DNA of 64,000 nucleotides from an uncultured Bacilli bacterium (GTDB lineage Bacteria; Bacillota_I; Bacilli_A; RF39; UBA660): NCBI GenBank assembly GCA_944331955.1, contig CALVIY010000003.1, positions 4,412 to 68,411 of the forward strand, read 5' to 3'. Shown piece by piece: positions 53,451 to 64,000 of this stretch (position 1 is its first letter; each line of letters starts with the position of its first letter). The notes under the pieces were generated by a model. It saw only the letters and a program-made list of their open reading frames with translations, ran no database searches and was not told where the DNA came from. The position numbers and the translations under genes were made by a program.

Positions 53451-53876
53451 TTAAACAAGAATTTTCTTACTATCTAGAAAGAAATAATCTTGATTCTTAA
53501 AGTCAATAGCAAAATAAGTGTTATTAATACTATTTAACTCATCAAAGAAGAAACAGTCATAATAGTTAGTTTTAACTAGCATATAGGCTCTTTTTACTAC
53601 TAAAGTACTTATCTCATCATGAGCAGGATTATTATAGTAATGAGTCTCTTTTTTCTTACTATAAGGAATACTTTGATGATATTTAATAAATAAATATCTA
53701 TCAGTCTTATCTTTATCTATTTTCTTAGTTAATTGTCTAAATAGACTATATCCATAGTTTAATTCTTCTTTTTTTAAAGTATAAATCTGTTCAAATATAT
53801 TATATAGAATACTAGGTTTATCTATATATAGATTCTTAAATTCATCTTTAAGTTCAAAAATAAAAAACTCTCTCAT
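53451..53876 (-). CDS. sirA: SirA (YneE)-like sporulation inhibitor of replication
   Basis: Size, position between tkt and yneF, and N- and C-terminal similarity to B. subtilis SirA as remembered (Y-x-x-IK-EF; FAIDFKNQDYFFL versus FLAMDFNSKRYGWL). Confidence 0.55.
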   Translation of the reverse strand: MREFFIFELKDEFKNLYIDKPSILYNIFEQIYTLKKEELNYGYSLFRQLTKKIDKDKTDRYLFIKYHQSIPYSKKKETHYYNNPAHDEISTLVVKRAYMLVKTNYYDCFFFDELNSINNTYFAIDFKNQDYFFLDSKKILV

Positions 53877-53926
53877 TATAATCACCATCTTAACTATAAC
53901 AAGAAAGTTTTAAAAACTTTGTCGAA

Positions 53927-55909
53927 TTATTTAATTATCTCTTCTATTTTTAAAGCAATTACATCACTTGTAAAATTAAACTTAGTATTTATATCACTTG
54001 CTTTACCACTTAATCCAAACCTATCTACTGTAAATAAATAGTTATCATTGTAAGCAAAGCGATACCAAGAATATGAAGATGATCTTTCTATTATAAATTT
54101 CTTTTTACCAATAGGAAGTAACTCTTCTTTTTCTTCATCGCTTAATAAATTAAATCTCTCAATACTTGGCATTGATACTATTCTAAAGTCATAACCTTTT
54201 TCAAATAGAGCATTAACTACTAAAAAGGCAAGGTCAACTTCTTCTCCAGTTGAAATTATAATACCATCAAGTTTCCTTTCTTCTTGTTTTATAATGTATG
54301 CTCCTTTAGCAACATTTGGAACTGATGAAGTTTCTCTTATTTTTGTTTCATTACGTCCTAAAATAATACAAGCAGGTTTATTGTTTTCAAAGATAGTTTT
54401 ATATGTACCAATAACTTCATTACTATCACATGGTCTAAATACATCTAAATTAGGAGTTGCCCTAAGTCCTACTAACTGTTCAACTGCTTGATGAGTTGGC
54501 CCATCTTCCCCTACTGTTATTGAATCATGAGTAAAGATATAAGTAACAGGTAAATTCATAAGACAAGATAGTCTTAAAGCAGGTTTTAAATAGTCACTAA
54601 AAGTTAAATAAGTAGAGACAAAAGGACGATATCCTGATAGTGCAAGTCCATTAGCAATAGCAGCCATAGCAAATTCTCTTACTCCAAAGAAGATATTTCT
54701 ACCATTATAATCATCACGAGAAAAGTCTCCTTTATCTGTCAAGTATGTTAAAGTTGAACTAGATAGGTCTGCCGCTCCTCCAAATATTAACTTACTAGAG
54801 TTAGCAAGTGAATTTAACACTTTACTGCTAGCTTTCCTTAAAGATTCAACTCTTTCTTCAGGATAAGCATAATCTAAATTAGTTAATTCTATTTTCTTAT
54901 CACTTGACATTAATGAATCTAATAATTCTTTAGTCTTATCATCAAGATTATTATATTTTTCCATAAAGTCACTTTCTAGATTACTACATCTATCATCTAT
55001 TAATTTTTGAAAATCTTCTAAAGCTTCACTAGATATTGTAAAAGGAATATCTCTTAGTCCTAATTCAGTCTTTATACTAGTAATATCTTCATCATCTAAA
55101 GGTTTCCCATGAACGATATTTTTACCAGCATTACGAGAATATTTTCCTATTGTTGTCTTAACTTGAATTAAACTGGGTAAATCACTTGCTTTAGCATCTT
55201 TAATCGCTTTATCGATATCTTTAATATCATCACTAACAGTACTAACATTAAAGCCCATCGCTTTAAATCTAGACTCTATATCATCTGTAAATGTTTTCTT
55301 AGTATCACTATCAAGGCATACGTGATTAGAGTCATATAGAAGTATTAAGTTATTAAGTTTAAGATTACCTGCAAGTGATAAAGCTTCATAACTTACCCCT
55401 TCCATTAAATCTCCATCGCCACATAAACAATATACTTTATAGTCAATAATATTATTTTTCTTATCATTAATTAAAGCTTCTGTATGTTTTTCAGCGATAG
55501 CCATACCAACAGCCATGGCAACACCTTGACCTAAAGGACCAGTTGTCGCATCAACTCCAGGTGTAACTCCATATTCAGGATGACCTGGTGTAATAGAGTC
55601 TATTTTTCTAAAGTTCTTTAAATCATCAAGTTCAATATTAAATCCTGCCATCGCAAGAGTTGCATAAAGTAAAGCAGACCCATGCCCTGCACTCATAACA
55701 AACCTATCTCTATTAAAAAGGCGTGGGTTATCTTTAGAAAATCTTAAATGATGAGCATAAATGGTATAGATGATTGATGCAGCCCCTAGAACAATACCAG
55801 GATGCCCACTATTCGCTTCATGAATCATATCAATACCTAATCCTCTTATCTGATTAACAATCCTTTCTTCATTAATATTATCTTCACTACTTTTTGTAAA
55901 AGCTAGCAT
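53927..55909 (-). CDS. tkt: transketolase
   Basis: SGHPG, GDGDLMEG and GEDGPTHQ motifs. Confidence 0.96.
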   Translation of the reverse strand: MLAFTKSSEDNINEERIVNQIRGLGIDMIHEANSGHPGIVLGAASIIYTIYAHHLRFSKDNPRLFNRDRFVMSAGHGSALLYATLAMAGFNIELDDLKNFRKIDSITPGHPEYGVTPGVDATTGPLGQGVAMAVGMAIAEKHTEALINDKKNNIIDYKVYCLCGDGDLMEGVSYEALSLAGNLKLNNLILLYDSNHVCLDSDTKKTFTDDIESRFKAMGFNVSTVSDDIKDIDKAIKDAKASDLPSLIQVKTTIGKYSRNAGKNIVHGKPLDDEDITSIKTELGLRDIPFTISSEALEDFQKLIDDRCSNLESDFMEKYNNLDDKTKELLDSLMSSDKKIELTNLDYAYPEERVESLRKASSKVLNSLANSSKLIFGGAADLSSSTLTYLTDKGDFSRDDYNGRNIFFGVREFAMAAIANGLALSGYRPFVSTYLTFSDYLKPALRLSCLMNLPVTYIFTHDSITVGEDGPTHQAVEQLVGLRATPNLDVFRPCDSNEVIGTYKTIFENNKPACIILGRNETKIRETSSVPNVAKGAYIIKQEERKLDGIIISTGEEVDLAFLVVNALFEKGYDFRIVSMPSIERFNLLSDEEKEELLPIGKKKFIIERSSSYSWYRFAYNDNYLFTVDRFGLSGKASDINTKFNFTSDVIALKIEEIIK

Positions 55910-55970
55910 ATTATCACTCCTTAGTTAATACTATCATATCATATTTAAGAATTAAGTCAAAAAAAGTTTA

Positions 55971-55999
55971 TTGATTATGTAAGGGAACTATGCTAAAAT
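55971..55999 (+). promoter_or_regulatory. sigma-A type promoter of tRNA-Thr
   Basis: TTGATT, 17-nt spacer, TGcTAAAAT. Confidence 0.6.
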
Positions 56000-56010
56000 T
56001 TAGTTGTAAC

Positions 56011-56084
56011 GCCGGTATAGTTTAGTGGTAAAACAGATCCTTGGTAAGGATCAGAGGCAAGTTCAATTCTTACTTCCGGCACCA
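56011..56084 (+). tRNA. tRNA-Thr (anticodon GGU)
   Basis: GCCGGTA acceptor, anticodon arm GATCC-TTGGTAA-GGATC, T-loop TTCAATT, ACCA end. Two mismatches (6-67 U-U and 50-64 C-A), both in the 3' segment that is repeated at 61744-61762. Hairpin terminator at 56132-56165. Confidence 0.7.
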
Positions 56085-56192
56085 GTAAGCAATCTGTCCG
56101 AACTTTTATAGTTAAGGGCTTAAATATACAAGTATCAATTTCTAAGGAAGTTGGTACTTTTTTAGTGTTTAAGAAAGAAAGGACAGGTTTAA

Positions 56193-56468
56193 ATGGTAAA
56201 TATTATAAAGGAAAAATTGGAAATTGATAACGAATTAAAGAAAAAAATTGAATTTATATGTAGTTTTTGTAATACTACTCCAATTATTATTAATGGTAAT
56301 ATAAGAAAAATTAATAAAACAAATTTAAATTATATTGAACCTCATAGAATAATTATTAAAGGTATTACATTTCTAGCATTTAATTATTCTAATGAAATAT
56401 TTGTTGAAAATTTATCTAAAAACATTAAATTATCAGATTTAGAGACCTATATAAAACAAATAAACTAA
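56193..56468 (+). CDS. hypothetical protein (91 aa)
   Basis: ORF with an AAAGGA SD. No motif recognised. Confidence 0.45.
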   Translation: MVNIIKEKLEIDNELKKKIEFICSFCNTTPIIINGNIRKINKTNLNYIEPHRIIIKGITFLAFNYSNEIFVENLSKNIKLSDLETYIKQIN

Positions 56469-56608
56469 TTATATATAAATATACCAACTTCTTCTAAAAT
56501 CACCTTTAAATAGGCAAAAAATGGGAATTATGTCTTGATTTTGCATCAGAAAAAATTGACACCTATAGGTTTTTATGATATAGTAATCCTCAATTTAAGG
56601 GGGATATT

Positions 56609-57187
56609 ATGGAAAAGAAAGATTCTTTATTAATGTTAAAATATATGATATCAGAGGGATTTAATCCTAACAATTATGAAAGAATATTAGAATTATTACA
56701 ATCGGCACCACTATCATTATCAAAAAATTTAACAGAGTATAATCCATATTTATTATCTAATAAAGTAGTTTATTCAGAATTAGATGAGTATGGTATTGAT
56801 GGAGCATATGGTTATTTGGAAGATAGTGAAATTTTGGTTCCTAAATCAATTTATAATGATAATCATTTTTTATATTCACCAGTAAAAAGATTGTATCCAA
56901 AACATAGTTATGGTGCACCAACTATTGATGAATTTGGAACTGTTATCTTTTTGGAGGATACATTAGAGGCAAAAACTAATGAAATCTATAATGCTATTAA
57001 GAATAGTTTAAATTTCAAAGATTTATATTTTGGATTTATCACAGAAATGTATCCACAAATAGATTATGGCGATCAAAGATTAGTATATGTGTTCCACCAA
57101 TTAATGAATCAGTCAGATGGTTATAAATTATCATATGAAACAATTAGTGAAGAAAATAAAAAACTATATTTAATTAAGAAGAAATAG
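56609..57187 (+). CDS. hypothetical protein (192 aa)
   Basis: TTGACA-17-TGaTATAGT promoter and GGGGGA SD upstream. Strong terminator at 57186-57232. Confidence 0.55.
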   Translation: MEKKDSLLMLKYMISEGFNPNNYERILELLQSAPLSLSKNLTEYNPYLLSNKVVYSELDEYGIDGAYGYLEDSEILVPKSIYNDNHFLYSPVKRLYPKHSYGAPTIDEFGTVIFLEDTLEAKTNEIYNAIKNSLNFKDLYFGFITEMYPQIDYGDQRLVYVFHQLMNQSDGYKLSYETISEENKKLYLIKKK

Positions 57188-57203
57188 AGGTGCAAAGACA
57201 TAA

Positions 57204-59114
<1,911 letters not shown>

Positions 59115-59204
59115 CTTTTTCTAAAAAAGTTATAACAATCGTGGTAAGTTTTGTTTGCAAAGCAAATGAAATTAGCGATAGATTGTTTAAAAGTCTTATG
59201 TAGT

Positions 59205-59324
59205 TTTATTCCATTACGAAGTTTTGGAATATTACGAAATAAGACAGGTGGATTCTAAGGTTGCCTAAACCTTAGCCCCCATATTTTGATATAAACAACG
59301 TGCAATGTCAAAATATATAGGGGG
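59205..59324 (+). promoter_or_regulatory. candidate oriT upstream of the relaxase
   Basis: Direct ATTACGAA repeats; hairpin CTAAGGTT/AACCTTAG (59255-59275); imperfect inverted repeat CCCCCATATTTTGA ... TCAAAATATATAGGGGG (59276-59324). Confidence 0.35.
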
Positions 59325-59333
59325 TTAGAGATT

Positions 59334-60752
59334 TTGACAAACCAAAATTACCCTACTATAAATAGTAGGACTCTTGTTTATAAAGGCGGTTATAAAAATA
59401 TGGATGATAAGGAAGAATTATCTTATTCGTTACATTTAAGTAATGATAAAAATAAATCAAAGAAAGCAAGAAGAAGTGTAAAAAATACTGAAACTGGAAC
59501 TACTTCTCTATCTAATAATGCAATACAAAATCATCAGCAATTATCAAAAGTTGATAAACATAATTTACGAAAATATGATGATGATAAAGAATTAATCTAC
59601 ACGATTAGAGGTACTTCATCTATTGTAGAAGATACTAAAAATTTGTATCTAGAATTGTTTGAAAATGCAAGAATTAAATACAACGAAAAACAAACTAGAA
59701 ATGATAGAAAGATAGAAAACTATTTTAATCATATCTCAAATGATAATAAAAGAGATCTTGCTTGTGAGATTATCATTGAACTTGGCGACATGGATTTTTG
59801 GGTTGATAAAGATGATAAATTTAAGCATAAAATGATAGAAGTTTTTAGAGAACAAATAGCAGATTTAGAAGAAGTTGTACCTAACTTTAAAATAGCAAAT
59901 GCCACCATTCATTTTGATGAATCTAGTCCACATTTACATATTGTTGGAGTGCCTTTTAAAGATGGAATGAAAAATGGTATGGAAAAACAAGTTGGTAAAT
60001 CCGATGTCTTTAATAAAATAAGTTTAGTCAATATTCAAGATAAAATGAGAGAATATTGTATTAATTCGTTCAATAGAATTTATCATTTAAACTATACTCT
60101 TAAAATAAAAGAAGAAGGCAGAAATGTTGATATTAATGTTGCAAATATGAATGAATATAAAAAATTCAAACGAGAACAAGAAAAATACAAAAAACAACTA
60201 AAAGAATTAAATAGTAAAGCAGATGAATTACAAAATAAATCTAATGAGATTAATGGTATTATTGATAATTTAAAACCTACTATTATGAATAAAAGTAATT
60301 ACACTATTTCAAATGAAGATGTAGATAAAATCAAAAAATATATAGAACAAACCAATGATACTACTTCTAATTTAAGAGATGCAAATGATATAAATATAGT
60401 CTTACAAAAATATGAAGATGATTTAAGAGAACATTCTAATGAAGTTAGAAATTTAAAAAAGAAAATTAAAACTCGTGATGATAGAATTGAAGAATTAAAA
60501 TATGATTTAAATGATGCTAACGAAACTATTGATGAGTTAGAAGACAAGGTATCAGAACTTCAAAATATAGTTGACTACTTTAAAAAGTTATGGAAAAAGT
60601 TTATAGAATTTTTACAAAACAAATTCTTTTCTAATGATAAATATGATGACTTTATAAACGATTTATATGATGAAGATATACTTGATGACAATGACATTGA
60701 GATGATACAAAATAACAAAAATAATGATAAAAGTGATGATTTTGAAAGATAA
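59334..60752 (+). CDS. MobV (Mob_Pre) family relaxase
   Basis: HNLR (HxxR) and HFDESSPHLHIVGVP (HxDExxPHxH) motifs. Coiled-coil C-terminus. An alternative start is the ATG at 59401. Confidence 0.8.
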   Translation: MTNQNYPTINSRTLVYKGGYKNMDDKEELSYSLHLSNDKNKSKKARRSVKNTETGTTSLSNNAIQNHQQLSKVDKHNLRKYDDDKELIYTIRGTSSIVEDTKNLYLELFENARIKYNEKQTRNDRKIENYFNHISNDNKRDLACEIIIELGDMDFWVDKDDKFKHKMIEVFREQIADLEEVVPNFKIANATIHFDESSPHLHIVGVPFKDGMKNGMEKQVGKSDVFNKISLVNIQDKMREYCINSFNRIYHLNYTLKIKEEGRNVDINVANMNEYKKFKREQEKYKKQLKELNSKADELQNKSNEINGIIDNLKPTIMNKSNYTISNEDVDKIKKYIEQTNDTTSNLRDANDINIVLQKYEDDLREHSNEVRNLKKKIKTRDDRIEELKYDLNDANETIDELEDKVSELQNIVDYFKKLWKKFIEFLQNKFFSNDKYDDFINDLYDEDILDDNDIEMIQNNKNNDKSDDFER

Positions 60753-60825
60753 TTGATAAAAATATGGTAAAATATATGTTAGATGGTTTAATAAGTTTAG
60801 TAAATTGTAGAAGGGATGGATATAG

Positions 60826-61662
60826 ATGGAAGAAATTGCTATTATTTCAGACATACATGGTAACTTAGAAGCATTACAAAAAGTCTTAGAAGATATAGAT
60901 AAAAGAAATATTAACCAAATAATTTGTCTAGGCGATATAATTGCTAAAGGAACTAATATGCATGAATGCTTAGAATTAGTAAAAAAAAGATGTAGCGTTA
61001 TTATAAAGGGAAATTGTGAAGATTATTATTCTAGAAATGACATAGATATTAGTGAATTACCACAATCTAGTCAAATAAGAAGGAATTGGATAAGAGAAAA
61101 ATTTAGTAATGAAGAATTATCTTATTTACAATCATTACCATTTTGTTATGAAATGTATATTAGTGGACGATTAGTAAGAATGCTTCATGCCCATCCAAAT
61201 GGAATAGATATTCATGTAGGGAATATTGATAAAATTGAAAATTTATATAGTATTTTTTTACCAAGTGAAAATACAATAACACAAGAAAAAGCAGATATAG
61301 TTTTATATGGACATTCTCATATGCAATATATGCAAAAATTATATAATAGAGTCTTAATTAATGTTGGTTCTGTTGGAAATTCTATTGATGTATTTAGAAA
61401 TGAAGAAAAGGATGCAAATATTAAAAACACCGTTAATGCAAATTATTTTATAATAAAAGGTAAAATGAATTCTAGAGATTATGATGTTTTTTCCTATGAA
61501 TTTGTTAATATTCCATATGATATTGAAAAAGAAATTTCTAAAAATAAAGATAATGTTGATTTTGAAGATTATGAGGAAGAAATTAAATATGGAAGATATA
61601 GAGATATGCAAAAAGTTAAAAAAACTTTTAGTAACCGTGGAATAGACATTGATAAAATATAA
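60826..61662 (+). CDS. calcineurin-like metallophosphoesterase
   Basis: Motif series DIHGN, GDIIAKG, GNCE and GHSH. Confidence 0.8.
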   Translation: MEEIAIISDIHGNLEALQKVLEDIDKRNINQIICLGDIIAKGTNMHECLELVKKRCSVIIKGNCEDYYSRNDIDISELPQSSQIRRNWIREKFSNEELSYLQSLPFCYEMYISGRLVRMLHAHPNGIDIHVGNIDKIENLYSIFLPSENTITQEKADIVLYGHSHMQYMQKLYNRVLINVGSVGNSIDVFRNEEKDANIKNTVNANYFIIKGKMNSRDYDVFSYEFVNIPYDIEKEISKNKDNVDFEDYEEEIKYGRYRDMQKVKKTFSNRGIDIDKI

Positions 61663-61877
61663 ATAAGTGTTATAATTATATTAAGAAATTGATACAAATT
61701 TTGTATTGATTACTTACTTTAGCGAAAAAAAGTTTGAAATAACTTTCTTACTCGCACCAGTTTTAAAGATAAACTCGAGCTTTTCGAGTGGTAATAAATT
61801 GCTAACAAACATAAAAATTTTCTTTTTGGAAAGCATTTAAACATAATTTCATCAAGCCGCAAAGCAAAATTGTGTTT

Positions 61878-62300
61878 TTATTTATGTCTAATTAATGATT
61901 TTATTTTATTTTTAACAATTAATTTTTTAGAAGAAATATTAAATCTATTTATGATTTCTTCTTGATTACTACAAGGAAATTTTATTAAATCGCCAGTAAA
62001 ATCTAAAATTTGACATCTATTACTACACACTGTTTTGATACTTACGTTATGATACAGATTTTCAATATATTCGCATCTTACATTCCAATCGTTTTTATTA
62101 AATATTACTATTATTGGCTGAACTGTTGTTGTGTTTCCTTCTGTTGTACACTTTGTAATTACAATAAAATTAAATTCTCTTACTTGAGGATTTGGATGTG
62201 ATAAAAGTTTTTCAAAGTTAAAATCCTCTATATTAGTCATTGAAATTGGAAAATCCACATAACTATTATAAACTTGTATATTATATTCTTCGCTAATCAT
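61878..62300 (-). CDS. hypothetical protein (140 aa)
   Basis: AAAGGAGG SD before the ATG at 62300. No motif recognised. Confidence 0.5.
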   Translation of the reverse strand: MISEEYNIQVYNSYVDFPISMTNIEDFNFEKLLSHPNPQVREFNFIVITKCTTEGNTTTVQPIIVIFNKNDWNVRCEYIENLYHNVSIKTVCSNRCQILDFTGDLIKFPCSNQEEIINRFNISSKKLIVKNKIKSLIRHK

Positions 62301-62526
62301 AATAGTCCTCCTTTTGTATGAAATATTGTAACACAAAATCAGTATATTTTAAATAATTAGTAGTTATTACTCACTATAATTTATGTAGGTAATTGCTGTA
62401 ACTTCGATTAATACATCATAATATTCAAAAATAAACTCAAGCTTTTTGTTTCGAATTTTAATATACTTAACTTTATGATAGAATACTTATAGAAATTAAT
62501 TTACCTCATTTAGAAAGAGTGATATT

Positions 62527-63084
62527 ATGGCTTCTGCTACAATTCATCTAGCTATCGCTAAAAAATATTTAGAAAAACATAATGAATTAGATTATGAAAA
62601 AGTAATTGCTGGTACTCTTTATCCTGATGCAACCGAAGACAGTGATAAATCTCATTATACTGATATAAATCGTGGAAAAGATAACATAAGTCATGTTCGA
62701 GGTAAAGTTAATTTATATGCTTTTTTAAAGGAACACAAAACTCTTGATGATTTTGAATTAGGATGGTTTTTACATTTAGTTACAGATTATTTGTTTTTTA
62801 AAGAATGTTTCTCTGATAAATACTTATTAGAGAATAGTTATGAGAAATTTTGCAAAGATTTATATTTTGCATACGATTGTTTAAATGAATATATATCTAA
62901 AAAATATCAAATAACAAAGGATGATTATAAAGAATATCCTAGTGAATATTATCCAAGTAAGCCGTATCAATATTGTATATTATCAAAAGAACTAATCGAT
63001 AGTTTTATTAATCGTGTAAGCTCTATTGATTTAGATAAATATATTATATTAATTAAAGAAAAGCAAAAGAATATTGTTCCATAA
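62527..63084 (+). CDS. hypothetical protein, weakly zinc-dependent phospholipase C / P1-nuclease-fold-like
   Basis: Only an N-terminal ATIHLAIA...YPD...H...HLVTDY pattern supports this. Weak call. Confidence 0.35.
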   Translation: MASATIHLAIAKKYLEKHNELDYEKVIAGTLYPDATEDSDKSHYTDINRGKDNISHVRGKVNLYAFLKEHKTLDDFELGWFLHLVTDYLFFKECFSDKYLLENSYEKFCKDLYFAYDCLNEYISKKYQITKDDYKEYPSEYYPSKPYQYCILSKELIDSFINRVSSIDLDKYIILIKEKQKNIVP

Positions 63085-63182
63085 AAGTTGTTGTACACAC
63101 TATTGTAAGATTAGTCGAACTAATTCAACTTAATATAGACTGAGAACTTGCTAAAAGTTCTTTTTATTATTATCATTTAAAG

Positions 63183-64000
63183 TTAACTAACTACTTCAAA
63201 ACCTAGTAATTCTATTTTATTAGACAAAAGCTCTTTGTTATTATCTATATCTTTTGATAAATCGGTAGATAAATATTTCTTTAAATCATCTGGAAATACA
63301 GTTACTACATTCTTTCCACCACTTAACACGCTTGCTAAAAAGTTTGCTCCTGAAGAAATACCTACTCCAAGACCTAATTTAGATGCTAAAATTCTACTCA
63401 TATTAATAGCATCTAAATCGTTAATAGTAATAACTTTATCTATTAAATTAAAGTCAACAAGTTTAGGAATAAATTCATCCCCTATTCCTTCAATTTTATG
63501 ATCACCTATAATGTCACCACCACTTAAAAGAGGCATCTTATCAGGTTCTAAAGCAATTATTTTAATATTTTTATTATACTCTTTTAATCTTTTAGCAACT
63601 CCAATTATTGTTCCACCTGTACCTATACCACTAACAAAGGTATCTATTTCCTTCACTTGATCTAGTATTTCTTTAGCAGTAGTTAAATAATGAGTTTCTA
63701 TATTTAATGAATTTTCAAATTGTCTTGGTAAAAACCCGTTTATTTTAGAGGCAAATTCTTCACTTCTTTTAACCGCTTCCTTAAATCCCCCTTCTTCCTT
63801 ACTAACTAAATATACATTAGCACCATAAAGTTTCATTATCTTTATTCTCTCTTCACTAACCCAATCGGGCATAAAAATATGAACTGGATGAGAAAAATAT
63901 GCACCTAAAGCAGCAAAAGAAATACCTGTATTACCACTTGTCGCTTCTACTATCGCTTGATTTTCTTTTAAAACATTTTCTTCCTTTGCTTTTTTTATTA
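63183..64000 (-). CDS. cysK: cysteine synthase / O-acetylserine sulfhydrylase; N-terminus beyond window edge
   Basis: The frame stays open upstream of the ORF-track Met (…VEATSGNTGISFAALGAYFSHPVHIFMPDW…). TSGNTG and GIGTGGTI PLP-fold motifs are present. Confidence 0.88.
   Translation of the reverse strand, partial: IKKAKEENVLKENQAIVEATSGNTGISFAALGAYFSHPVHIFMPDWVSEERIKIMKLYGANVYLVSKEEGGFKEAVKRSEEFASKINGFLPRQFENSLNIETHYLTTAKEILDQVKEIDTFVSGIGTGGTIIGVAKRLKEYNKNIKIIALEPDKMPLLSGGDIIGDHKIEGIGDEFIPKLVDFNLIDKVITINDLDAINMSRILASKLGLGVGISSGANFLASVLSGGKNVVTVFPDDLKKYLSTDLSKDIDNNKELLSNKIELLGFEVVS

Overview
This is a 64-kb chromosomal segment from a very AT-rich bacterium (by eye well under 30% GC) that uses the standard genetic code. 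It looks like a low-GC Gram-positive endospore former with Bacillus/Erysipelotrichia-like gene order. The taxon guess rests on synteny only. Core genes in order are: CBS-type ppaC (5' partial), hisS-X-aspS, dnaG-sigA-trmK, spoIVB, spoIIM, mnmA, xerD-deoB, tmcAL-gmk, pyk, polA-fpg, lexA, tcdA, a pepC-like gene, gltX, tkt-sirA-yneF and cysK (partial). There are three single tRNA genes: Glu-CUC, Gln-CUG and Thr-GGU. No rRNA, CRISPR array or transposase was seen. The accessory or unusual content, in order: (1) Two back-to-back type III (RNA repeat/endoRNase) toxin-antitoxin cassettes at 9.06-10.8 kb share a duplicated promoter/leader but carry unrelated repeats and toxins. (2) A three-gene minus-strand operon at 17.8-23.0 kb holds two tandem ~600-aa paralogues plus a membrane MA-clan metallopeptidase. 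(3) A ~6.4-kb integrase-less filamentous (inovirus-like) prophage lies at 25.6-32.0 kb. It is flanked by ~65-nt imperfect direct repeats that begin with a dif/XerD-arm-like TGTAAACT and is followed by a truncated second copy of its left-end module. (4) A candidate type I toxin-antitoxin locus at 40.27-40.59 kb has a 30-aa hydrophobic peptide, an occluded SD, a 5'-3' fold-back and a convergent antisense RNA. A decayed paralogue that keeps its sRNA sits at 52.8-53.1 kb. (5) An SOS module has two Cheo-like LexA boxes controlling lexA and a divergent unannotated 52-aa membrane peptide upstream of polA. (6) A ~5.7-kb island next to tRNA-Thr carries a large serine recombinase and a MobV relaxase and is bounded by a degenerate copy of the tRNA 3' end. 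Several real-looking small ORFs fall below the ORF-track cut-off (15798, 16944, 27444, 28588, 32806, 40338, 44104). All functional calls come from by-eye motif recognition and gene context; no searches were run.
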